A stretch of DNA of 64,000 bases from Ylistrum balloti (taxonomy: Eukaryota). The position numbers and the translations under genes are program-made. The stretch spans positions 1 to 64,000 of the forward strand of contig NW_026782827.1 in the NCBI RefSeq assembly GCF_031769215.1, in the 5' to 3' direction. Each line of letters begins with the position of its first letter. Positions within the stretch are counted from its first letter, which is position 1. Of the stretch, positions 38,701 to 50,200 are shown in pieces. Below the pieces are notes generated by a model, which saw only the letters and a program-made list of their open reading frames with translations, was not told the DNA's origin and searched no databases.

Positions 38701-41700
38701 AGGATTATACAATATCACTTGAAAACTTGATTCCACACCCCGGAATTGCCAGGGTATAGGAAAACGGGAAAATCACATGACTGCTGTAACTAAAATTAGA
38801 GATAACAGTTTTGAATCTAATTTGAAAGACAGTTGTTGTGTGATGTTGCCTAGCTGAGTAATAAGAAATTTAACATACATCTGTGTTTTTGCAATGATTG
38901 CAGATTGAAGATGTGGGGACGGTCTTTTGCAGCCATTCTACTTCCAATGCAAACACGAAGTACTATGAACGTATGTTTTATTCACTTGAAGAGCATTCAC
39001 TCATTCATTATAAATATTCATTCATCCATTCATTCATTCATGCCTTTGATTCATTTCACGGTCATCATGATATGATAAATTGAATGCTTCCATTACATTA
39101 ATGTCAAAACAAAAATAAACCTTGCTCGAGTTATCTCCCTTAATACGTAGATTTATACTATGAATATGATGGTGCCAATTTCACGAGCATTTAAAAAATC
39201 CTCTCTGTTATGTAGTACTCTTGTTTGACAAACGCTTAAAGTGAACAAAATCACTCATAGTAATAGCGCTTTAAACTGTTTCAGCCAACCTCCGTGACGT
39301 GTACAAAAGTTGGAGAGAACAAAATCTCGCTGACTCTCGTAAACTAACGGAGGCAGCAAGTATGTTTGACAAACCCCTCATCATTGGGGATCTTAATACC
39401 AGTCCCGACGTACCTGCGTACAACGTCACCGCCGACCTCGAAGGTAACTGTCAAACCACAAATATATAGTAAGAATACATCTAGTTCATACAAAGATATA
39501 ATTTATAGCGAAATCGAAATAGTCTACTTTCACATAGATATTTTTTCCATTGAACTGAACACGTGCGAAAAAAAATTAAACAGTAAGAGTTTTGCAATTT
39601 TCCTGTCTGATTCTTCGTTAATATGTGGATATTACTTGTTACTACATTTACTCAACTTTCATTTTACTGATAATAAACATAAAACGTAAGGAACAGCCGA
39701 GTTATCTGAAACATCAACTATAAACAGTATTGTCTGTCTGATTTCACCTATGGCCCGTTAAGTTTCAAACCGTGTTCGGACTCCGCTGTCTAGAGTTTTT
39801 GTAAGAAATGAGTTTTGTATCAAAGGTGTGCAACTGGAGAATGTTAAGATAAGCTCGGATTTCCTCTGACCCAAAAACCAGACATAAAAACCAACAAAAT
39901 GACGTAATTAATACAATGAAAAGCAAATAACAAGATTATCTACAAAGTTTGTTATCTATATAGCTGAACTCCAATGATATAGACTATAACGCCTACAGAC
40001 AAAGGGGATTCGATCAGAGTATTGCGCCTCTGCTGGATGATTTCTGATAATCTCTGTCTACGAAGGAGTTCCAGATTATGCATACTCCAAAAAATTGCCT
40101 CAGTTAATGCAGATCTTGTTATTATTTGTGAAAGAGTATATTAATAAGCATTGATCAATACATGTATAAACGTAGTATATATGTTGTAAATACCCCAAAT
40201 AGTCAAACATTTATGGTTAACTCCGCACCAGATAATTCCTCGTAATATATATCGAATGGTGCTAGGCTTAGAGGAGACGGGTATCTATGTTTAGCCAGAG
40301 ATATCGTGAAATGAATATTCTAACCACTACATGTCCGTCCGATTTCTTTTGTAGATTCCTACAATCATTTCCTGTCCGAGGGTTTTGTGTCGCCGTACGT
40401 TACCATGGTGGGAAAATGTACTTTTTGTCTTCAAAATCCTCTTGTTATTGACTGGAATTACAATAACGTACTAGATCACGTGATGGTACGAAATCACACC
40501 GTTCTCAGTGCCAAGGTATGGTGTTCCTACGTAACTGTGAAATAAGTACATCACAATACACGTTATTGTACAGTGTTAATCCGTTTTTAGACCCAGAGTA
40601 CAATCTGTACATATGTTATTATGCCACTAATATGCCAGCATACCATTTTGTCCGATACCATGGCGTTTGTTTGTTACTTTTCCGTTAGTCTGTGACCACG
40701 TTGTTTGTTACTTTTCCGTTAGTCTGATACCACGTTGTTTGTTACTTTTCCGTTAGTCTGATACCACGGCGTTTCTTTGTTACTTTTACGTTTATCTGAT
40801 ACAACGGCGTTTGTTACTTTTCCGTTAGTCTGATACCACGGCGTTTGTTACTTTTCCGTTAGTCTGATACCACGTTGTTTGTTACTTTTCCGTTAGTCTG
40901 ATACCACGGCGTTTCTTTGTTACTTTTACGTTTATCTGATACAACGGCGTTTGTTACTTTTCCGTTAGTCTGATACCACGGCGTTTGTTACTTTTCCGTT
41001 AGTCCGATACCATGGCGTTTGTTTGTTACTTTTCCGTTAGTCTGTGACCACGTTGTTTGTTACTTTTCCGTTAGTCTGTGACCACGTTGTTTGTTACTTT
41101 TCCGTCAGTCCGATACCATGGCGTTTGTTTGTAAAATTTCCGTTAGTCTGATACCACGGCGTTTGTTACTTTTCCGTTAGTCCGATACCACGGCGTTTGT
41201 TACTTTTCCGTTAGTCTGTGACCACGTTGTTTGTTACTTTTCCGTTAGTCTGTGACCACGTTGTTTGTTACTTTTCCGTTAGTCTGTGACCACGTTGTTT
41301 GTTACTTTTCCGTTAGTCTGATACCACGGCGTTTCTTTGTTACTTTTACGTTTATCTGATACAACGGCGTTTGTTACTTTTCCGTTAGTCTGATACCACG
41401 GCGTTTGTTACTTTTCCGTTAGTCCGATACCATGGCGTTTGTTTGTAAAATTTCCGTTAGTCCGATACCATGGCGTTTGTTTGTAAAATTTCCGTTAGTC
41501 TGTGACCACGTTGTTTGTTACTTTTCCGTTAGTCTGTGACCACGTTGTTTGTTACTTTTCCGTTAGTCTGATACCACGGCGTTTCTTTGTTACTTTTACG
41601 TTTATCTGATACAACGGCGTTTGTTACTTTTCTGTTAGTCTGATACCACGGCGTTTGTTACTTTTCCGTTAGTCTGATACAACGGCGTTTGTTACTTTTC

Positions 41701-44223
41701 CGTTAGTCTGATACCACGGCGTTTCTTTGTTACTTTTACGTTTATCTGATACAACGGCGTTTGTTACTTTTCCGTTAGTCTGATACCACGGCGTTTGTTA
41801 CTTTTACGTTAGTCCGATACCATGGCGTTTGTTTGTAAAATTTCCGTTAGTCCGATACCATGGCGTTTGTTTGTAAAATTTCCGTTAGTCTGTGACCACG
41901 TTGTTTGTTACTTTTCCGTTAGTCTGTGACCACGATGTTTGTTACTTTTCCGTTATCTGTGACCACGTTGTTTGTTACTTTTCCGTTAGTCTGATACCAC
42001 GGCGTTTCTTTGTTACTTTTCCGTTTATCTGATACAACGGCGTTTGTTACTTTTCCGTTAGTCTGATACCACGGCGTTTCTTTGTTACTTTTCCGTTAGT
42101 CTGATACCACGGCGTTTCTTTGTTACTTTTACGTTTATCTGATACCACGGCGTTTGTTACTTTTCCGTTAGTCTGATACCACGGCGTTTGTTACTTTTCC
42201 GTTAGTCTGATACCACGGCGTTTGTTACTTTTCCGTTAGTCTGATGCCACGGCGTTTGTTACTTTTCCGTTAGTCCGATACCATGGCGTTTGTTACTTTT
42301 CCGTTAGTCCGATACCATGGCGTTTGTTACTTTTCCGTTAGTCTGATACCACGGCGTTTGTTACTTTTCCGTTAGTCTGATACCACGGCGTTTGTTACTT
42401 TTCCGTTAGTCTGATACCACGGCGTTTGTTACTTTTCCATTAGTCCGATACCATGGCGTTTGTTACTTTTCCGTTAGTCCGATACCATGGCGTTTGTTAC
42501 TTTTCCGTTAGTCGGATACCACGGCGTTTGTTACTTTTCCGTTAGTCGGATACCACGGCGTTTGTTACTTTTCCGTTAGTCTGATACCACGGCGTTTCTT
42601 TGTTACTTTTACGTTTGTCTGATACCACGGCGTTTGTTACTTTTCTGTTAGTCTGATACCACGGCGTTTGTTACTTTTCCGTCAGTCCGATACCATGGCG
42701 TTTGTTACTTTTCCGTCAGTCCGATACCATGGCGTTTGTTTGTAAAATTTCCGTTAGTCTGTGACCATGTCGTTTGTTCGTTACTTTTCCATTAGTCTGT
42801 TACCATGCTATCGGTCTGTGACCATGCCATCAGTCTGTTCCATCAAGATGCTGCTTGTCTGTTGCTTTACCATGTCATAAGTCTGTAGTTATGATGTTGG
42901 TTCGTTACCATGCGCTAGCCTGTTACACTATCAATATCACTGTCAATACGTTAACCTGTTAATATGATGCTAATTCGTTACCATGCCATTGTTCCGTTAC
43001 CATCACGGCAGTGTTACCACGACGTTTATCTTTTACCATGACGTGCGTTTTGATAGCATGATGTTAGTCTGTAACCATGACATTAGTACGTAACTATGAC
43101 ATTAGTCGCTTATCATGACGTTAACCGTAACCATGATGTTAGTTCGTAACTATGACGTTAGCCCGTTACCATAACGTTAACCGTAATCATGACGTTAGTT
43201 TTTTACCATAACGTTAGTCCCGCTACCTTGACGTTAGTCCGTAACTATGACGTCATTAATATTGATATTAATCGATTATTATATCAAACAGTTGCCATAG
43301 TATCAAGTAACTGTACTGACACTGGTCTGTCCAAGAGAGGAAGGTCTTGCTGCTCCTAGCCACGTAGTGTCCACTGTATATTTCAGTACGATAAAACTAT
43401 AAGAACGTCCGTCACTGCCCCATGTTGCGAGGACGTAAAATTTCAGACATCTAACACGTCTTCTGTTTCCTTCTTATACGTTGTCTGTAACTATTCCTTT
43501 ATACCTCCTTAAAATCGAAAATGAAAACAATGCGAAAGTCAGTATTCCTTGATCTCAAAATATCAAATCAACACGGCAAATTTTGCTGTGATAAAGATGT
43601 TATTTTGCCCGCAGATAAGGCATCTGACAACTGTTTTTTCCGCAAACATTGTATTTCCTGCATGCAGAAAGAAACATGCGCGCTCGATAATGAAGGAAAT
43701 TCTACCTAAATACATTTGAAACTCGTTGTCTCGAAGTCGCTAGAGTCGAACTTCCGTTTGAGTAGAAATAATTTTCAAGTCCCGATTTTTTCCCTTCTAT
43801 ATTTTGTAATTTAAGTTGAAGACTTGAATGTTGACCGAGTCGAAATTTCGGTTGATTCGAAGTGATTTTTGAGTCAATTCAATTGTAAAGCAAGGGAAAA
43901 GTAATTCGTTGTCTCGAAATTATTTTTTGTCAAAACATCGGCACGTCTTCTTACGAAATCTGTTAACACATACACAGTAAAAAGTCACCTGTTCGTAACA
44001 CATGGCTAATTACGGCGTATCGGTCCATCCTACACCCAACACTTGGTCTCTGGCGAGTAATTGCCAGTTAAATGATCTAGTTAAAGGTTGGCTTCTTAGT
44101 GTTACTTCTTGTAGCAATGACTTACCTGTATTATCAAATAAAATAATACTAACCAATTACATTGTCTCATCATTAAGGGCACGATTCTTTCTGATTAGGA
44201 TTGGATACCGGGTTACCTCATCG

Positions 44224-44256
<33 letters not shown>

Positions 44257-44416
44257 ACCAGTGTATTATTGCTGGCTTGTCTAGATATCCGACCAAACCT
44301 TTATCACGATTTTTTTCTAGCATTCTTAGTACGGCCATATCAGGGTTACTCTACTTCTGTTGTATTAAGCTGGGCTGGCCGGCTGGCTGGCTGGCTCTCT
44401 CTCTCTCTCTCACTCT

Positions 44417-44448
<32 letters not shown>

Positions 44449-45278
44449 TCGTTGAAGACGCTTTCCCTCCAGATAAGCTGGACTAATCCTCCTGGGACCT
44501 TTACAAGTGTCTTGCTTGTAAATCTTTCTTTCATACTTTTTTGCCGTAGTTTTATAGAATTTTGAATTTGAAGAAGCTGTTTTTTTCCAAGAAATCATTT
44601 TTGTTTTTCTTTATAGTTGTCGATGCTCCTAATATCCACAAATTTATCTCTTTTTGGCCTCATCAAAAACCTGGTTTAGACATATTTATAATAATTCATG
44701 TGAATGTTTTAACTTTTTTAAAGATAAGCTTTCAATGCAACTTCCTTGACATTTGTGGTCCAATGCTTGAAAATACTTGATAAAAAATTCAACCCAAGAC
44801 TTTATCGTAATATTCACAATCAGTTTTCCCCTTCGGACCCTGGTTTTGTCGAATTTGAGTATAAAGTAAGATTCTGTTGCATGTCGGTAATACGTGTTTA
44901 AAAATAGCATGTATATTTGTATAACGTTATGTATCGACAATAGCAGACATTTTCACAATACCAATCTATAACTAGTTCACGATATCTTTATATTGGTTAA
45001 GGCATTGTATATAACTCTCTGTCGCGTGTGTTGAAACTTGAGATTAATATACTTTTAAACGAATTTGAAAACAAAAAGTACTGCATATCATAAATTTGAG
45101 CCTGATCCTAACAGTTCCAACATGTCTGGATATACGAGTACATTAAAAACAATGCCGACAGAATGTTGTCACATGTTACTTCCTACTTCCGTTTCAGAGA
45201 TTCTATGACCAGAACACTCCGGGCCAGGATATCCCGATGTCGGATCACTATGGAGTGGAGGTCGAAATTGAAAACTGA
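35747..45278 (+). CDS. EEP gene C: secreted EEP-family protein with Cys-rich insert, 359 aa
   Basis: Exons 35747-35935, 37116-37538, 38904-38970, 39285-39443, 40355-40515, 45198-45278 (RFYDQNTPGQDIPMSDHYGVEVEIEN*). All introns GT-AG, same phases as A and B. The last intron is expanded to 4.7 kb by repeats. Confidence 0.92.
40648..42800. repeat. 34-38-bp minisatellite, about 60 copies, in gene C intron 5; degenerate related short repeats continue to about 43260
   Basis: GTTAGTCTGATACCACGGCGTTTGTTACTTTTCC and variants. Confidence 0.97.
43505..43710 (+). mobile_element. Penelope-like retroelement RT N-terminal fragment (degenerate)
   Basis: Translates LKSKMKTMRKSVFLD...VILPADKASDNCF...LDNEGNST. 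This resembles the VVVPADKASNN...GNPTY segment I recall from invertebrate Penelope-like elements and is homologous to 49640-49810. Confidence 0.6.
43711..43887. mobile_element. Tc1/mariner-pogo-type MITE (TA...TA)
   Basis: Starts TACATTTGAAACTCGTTGTCTCGAAGTCG and ends GAGTCAATTCAATTGTA (imperfect TIR), with internal TCGA subrepeats. Confidence 0.55.
44227..44438. repeat. (TA)n and (CT)n microsatellites
   Basis: Direct reading at about 44227-44254 and 44394-44438. Confidence 0.9.
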
Positions 45279-46299
45279 ATATATTTCTGTTTAGTTTTGA
45301 TATTGCATCAACACCAGAAATTTCATTTAATGATTCTAAATCGTGATTGGTTGCAATATACAAAGCTGCTTCATTTTTAAAAAAATGGCTATTTGGTTCC
45401 GGTGTTTTCGCAAAAGTAGTGGTCATCAAATGTAACCTTTAAGCGCATAACCTTAAGAGGAACCATTTAGATTTAATGAGCTGTTTGTCTTCCCTTTGTT
45501 CTGGTTTGACGTAAATATTTCCAGCATTCGAGATGTTGTGTGGGGTCAGCAGCAACGGTAATTTTGGAGGGGACAATGGACCCTTAAAATCTGAAATCGG
45601 TCCCCTCCCCTTTTAATTTGCCATTTACATAGAGCGGCTCGCCTGATTTTTGACATTGATTGAAGTTGTTGAAAACGGTTCATTGCGTCAAAGATATTTC
45701 CGTGACGCATATCCATGTCAAGACGTGATGATATAATTTAAACCATGGCCCCTTATGAGATATTGTTAGATGTTCTAAGGAGAGTACCGGAGTTAGGATC
45801 TGATATTCAATCATATTAGATAATAATCACATGGGTACAGATAGAACATACATATCATTTTATACATATTAGAAATTCACATAAGCATTCATTGTTAGTC
45901 AATATTACCTCTGAAACGGTTTCCATTAATTCAGATGTTTGCTACAGGAGAGGGGGAATAGTTTTAAGAATTGTGCACGAAAATGTTAGATTGTCATTAT
46001 GCTAAAAAGGTATATGTATCAGAAAGCATGTTATGGTTTTCTTTGTGAAAACTTTTTAGATTTCTATCATAATTAGATGAACTTTTGCTCGTGCTAGCCT
46101 TCCGCCGACATAATCAATATTCGTAGTCTAATTTTATTCCAATATTAAGACGTTTACTATCAAAGCGAAATCCCATTGGGATCGTGGCACCTACCATACT
46201 TAAATGTATCTCGTGTAGTCTTCAAAAGTTATTAAAATTATCAAGTGATAATAAAACAGTGAAATTCCCGTTATTCCGGGCCATATCCGCGAATCAAGA

Positions 46300-46795
46300 T
46301 CCATGCAGCTTCCTGTGACGGCGGACCACGAGTTCACTTCTGTAACAGCGGTTCACGACCCATGCAGCTTCCTGTGACGGCGGACCACGAGTTCACTTCT
46401 TTAACAGCTGATCACGACCCATGCAGCTTCCTGTGACGGCGGACCACGAGTTCAATACTTCTGTAACAGCGGATCACTACCCATGCAGCTTCCTGTGACG
46501 GCGGACCACGAGTTCACTTCTGTAACAGCGGATCACGACCCATGCAGCTTCCTGTGACGGCGGATCACGAGTTCACTTCTGTAACAGCGGATCACGACCC
46601 ATGCAGCTTCCTGTGACGGTGGACCTCCTCGTAATTTTCTGTGACATTGGACCACGTCGTAACTTCCTGTGACGACGGACCACGACCCATGCAGCTTCCT
46701 GTGACGACGGACCTCCTCGTAATTTTCTGTGACATTGGACCACGTCGTAACTTCTTGTGACGACGGACCACGACCCATGCAGCTTCCTGTGACGC
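46300..46795. repeat. 59-bp minisatellite with internal subrepeats between the convergent 3' ends of genes C and D
   Basis: CCATGC at 46301 and 46360; unit GACCCATGCAGCTTCCTGTGACGGCGGACCACGAGTTCACTTCTGTAACAGCGGATCAC. Confidence 0.93.
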
Positions 46796-47281
46796 GGACA
46801 CCGACCAAATCTGACTTAACGGTACACTACTTAGTTTACCGTGATTGCTGGTCACATGACAATCCCAGTTCCTTTAGTTTTGCGATATTGCTCAGTCATC
46901 ACATATTTATGTAAACCACTGCACACAATATTGATATCAAACAAAACTGTTAACATACCGACAAATAAACAGAGACGAACATCACATCGAACTTCCTTAG
47001 AAAATATTGTATTAAAAAAAAACAAGCACCATCAACGGTCATTAAATATATAGGAAAATTTAATTTCAACCCTATCAGTACATATAGGTATATGAATAGA
47101 TGAGAATGCAAAAAAACAAAATGATTCAAGGGTAGATATAAGATATATTCAAAATGTACCAGAATATCACGTGCAGTGTAAAGTTACATGTATATAGATA
47201 TAATGAATAGCTGTACTTCATTCCATGTTGGTGAAAAAGTCATGATAACAACCAGTCTTGTCCAAATATAACCAGCCTCGT

Positions 47282-50200
47282 TCACAGATAACCTGAGGCA
47301 ACCTCAACCTCAATTCCATAGTGATCCGACATTGGAAAATTTAGATTAGGAATGTCTTCAACGTATAGCCGCTGAAACAAACAAAACAAACTGTGTATAT
47401 TGGAGTTAATATCATATTCTGTTCCATAGAGATGTCACTTAAGGAATTGCATCATAGTTCAGGACTTCATGTCTTGTTAATTTAGTGATGTCATAGTTCA
47501 GGACTGACGTCATGGTAGCCTATCGATGTCATAGCTCAGAACTGACGTCATGGTAGCCTATCGATGTCATAGCTCAGAACTGACGTCATGGCAATACACT
47601 TATTAGACTGAAACAAACAAAACAAAACAAAAAAAATGAAAAAAAAACCCATAAAATTCTATTATATAGAAACAATACCTTTGCACTGAGGACTGCATGA
47701 TCTCGTACAAACACGTGATCTAACACGTGACTATGATTAGATCCATGTGTAAGAGGATTCTGAAGACAGTAAGTACATTTTCCCACCATAGTGACGTACG
47801 GCGACACGAAGCCCTCGGACAGGAAATGGTTGTAGGCATCTACAAAGGAATGCGTAATTTATACCATATAACTAAGACGGTTTGTGTAGTTCATAGTAGT
47901 TTGTAAAATAATCTTAGTAGTAGATTAGTTTAAAATTTTAAAATACGAGAATTGAAAATTTCTTTAGAAAATAAAAAAATAATTTCGCACGAATTCCTTT
48001 AGATTGTATGAAACACGTACGTCTCGAGTCTCTGGAGAGCTAATAAGAAACATTTTCACTAACGGTGACGTAACCTATTTGTAATGACCAGTTTCATGGT
48101 CGTATTACTTTTCTCCGCTTTAAGTAAGTTTGTCGGTAATTTGAGGATGTTGATCAAGTCGTTACAGAAAGTAACATTCTCAATCCAGGGACCTACTTCA
48201 GTTAGTAATATCGCAACTGAATAAGATGAAATGCCACATGGTATTGTCTCCTACCTCTACTGGATATAATACACAGATTCCAGTCTACATATGAAAGAAA
48301 CATCTCGATGTCTGTCCACGATGTCCGATTTTTATCGATCTACTTTAGTGAACAAACACCTTTAATATTTATAGATATACATAAAGAATTTCAGGTATAT
48401 TTAGTAGGAATCGATAAAACAACAATTTAGATAATCCACGCAAAGCTTTTTTCATATGCCTCGACCTACATCTTGGCCTGAAACTATCGACAACTAGACC
48501 AGAAAGCAGGCGGAGCTTCTACATCATCAATTGTTGAAATTAGCGTTTTGATTGGCTAAGAACACGTGAGGGACCGTTTCGAACAAAATTGTGACAATAG
48601 GAGTTTAAAATTCAATCACCTTTAGACTGGAGTCTTTTGAGAAATGAATGACAATTTTTACAATAATAGATGTAGTTGAAAATCACACAAGAACAAAATT
48701 ATTTCTTCCAGGGGAACACAAACCACTACGGGAAGGCAGTGTGGAACCTTCACCTGGTGGTAGGTAGGCGCGGCGCTACGGCCCTTCATTAACGTTATAT
48801 CACACGACTTTCTAAATCAACACAAGTGTATACATACATTTACAGTATATCTAGTTGGTAGCGGCAATTTTGGAAACTCCACATTCCGTCTTAGGCAGAA
48901 AAAATGTAATGAGCGTATCTAAAGTAACGTTTTAATTTTTTTAAGCTGGATCTAAATATTTTCCCTTAAAACAATTAAATAATAAACTGTTACCAGATAG
49001 CTGATATGAAGCCATTGCGCTTAACTAAATACTGACGTCAGCAAGGATATGACCTGAGGATATCCATGCAACACCAGGGAATGATGCTCTTTCATATATA
49101 CACTGAACAGGTGGGTGGTGAAAGTTAAGTGTTGCAAGGCAGAGCCTTGGGGATGACGCTCGTCCTGGAAGATGCGTCACTGTTACAACCCCAGAAATGG
49201 TCAATAAAGTTCATAATATTGTTTATATGACTGACTGGCGATATATGGCCAGTACAGTTAGGATTTCACAGGAAAGAGACTATTCCATTCTTACGGCAGA
49301 TCTTGCAATGAGAAACTCTCAGCCCGTTGGGTACCAAGACTTTTGACAGTTGATCAGAAGCACACCAGGCGGACTAATCTGAACCTTTTAGAGGCATATC
49401 CATCATTTCATTCCAGAGGCCAAACAACCCTCTAGACAATGGAAACACCAAAGAAGTCGTGAACTGACTATGGATTCTTGAGTAGTTTAGGAATCCAATA
49501 TAAACGGAGGAGGTCCATATCCTTATCATTAATAGGCTATCTAAATTATTGTAATATCGAAGCATACTTAGCTAGTATTTCTTCGTTGGAAAGATTGCAT
49601 AATGTATATGAGAGGTTTCTTTCCTGATCAAGTAAGCATAGTTCTTTTTGTAATGTAATGAAGTCTGCAGACAAGAATCAAGTTATTGGACGCCTTATCT
49701 ACAAGCACAATAACAAACCTCTCTGATGAAGTTTGAAGTGTGTATTTAACATCAGGATCGAGGAACGCTGACCTATATTTTGTATTCATTTTAGATTTCA
49801 AGCTGCAAATTCTTATGAGACTTTGAATGGATTTAGATGTATATTTGTATGTTTGGACTGTCAGATCGATGTCTAGCAGACGAAATTGACAACCTTGGTA
49901 ATCTTGAAAGTTCTTGGGAGGGGGCAAAAATCTCATGTTTGGCAGTTAATTTGTTCTGTTGCAATTTGATAGCTTTGTAATGTTACTTATTTTAATGAAG
50001 GACCTGACCATCGAATGTGTATTCCTACGCTTGGTCAGATGGGCGCTCGTAGTCTGATGTACTCCCATCTGGTTTACACAGAACTTAAACTATTTAGAAC
50101 ATCAAAAATATGAAACCATTCAAATACATATTGGATTCAAAAGCTTTTGTTTGAGAAACCGAACACCATCTCACCCTTGTTAATATTACGTCATTAAAAT

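Noticed and set aside
44002-44565. 187-aa ORF
   Set aside because: Runs through (TA)n and (CT)n microsatellites with no coding signature.
40516-45197. Gene C as a truncated pseudogene lacking the SDH exon
   Set aside because: The terminal exon is present and intact on + at 45198-45278 behind a repeat-expanded intron.
46130-46260. Overlapping antisense 3' UTRs of C and D (AATAAA at 46250 on +, about 46133 on -)
   Set aside because: D has a nearer ATTAAA at about 47060 on its strand; an overlap cannot be supported without transcript data.
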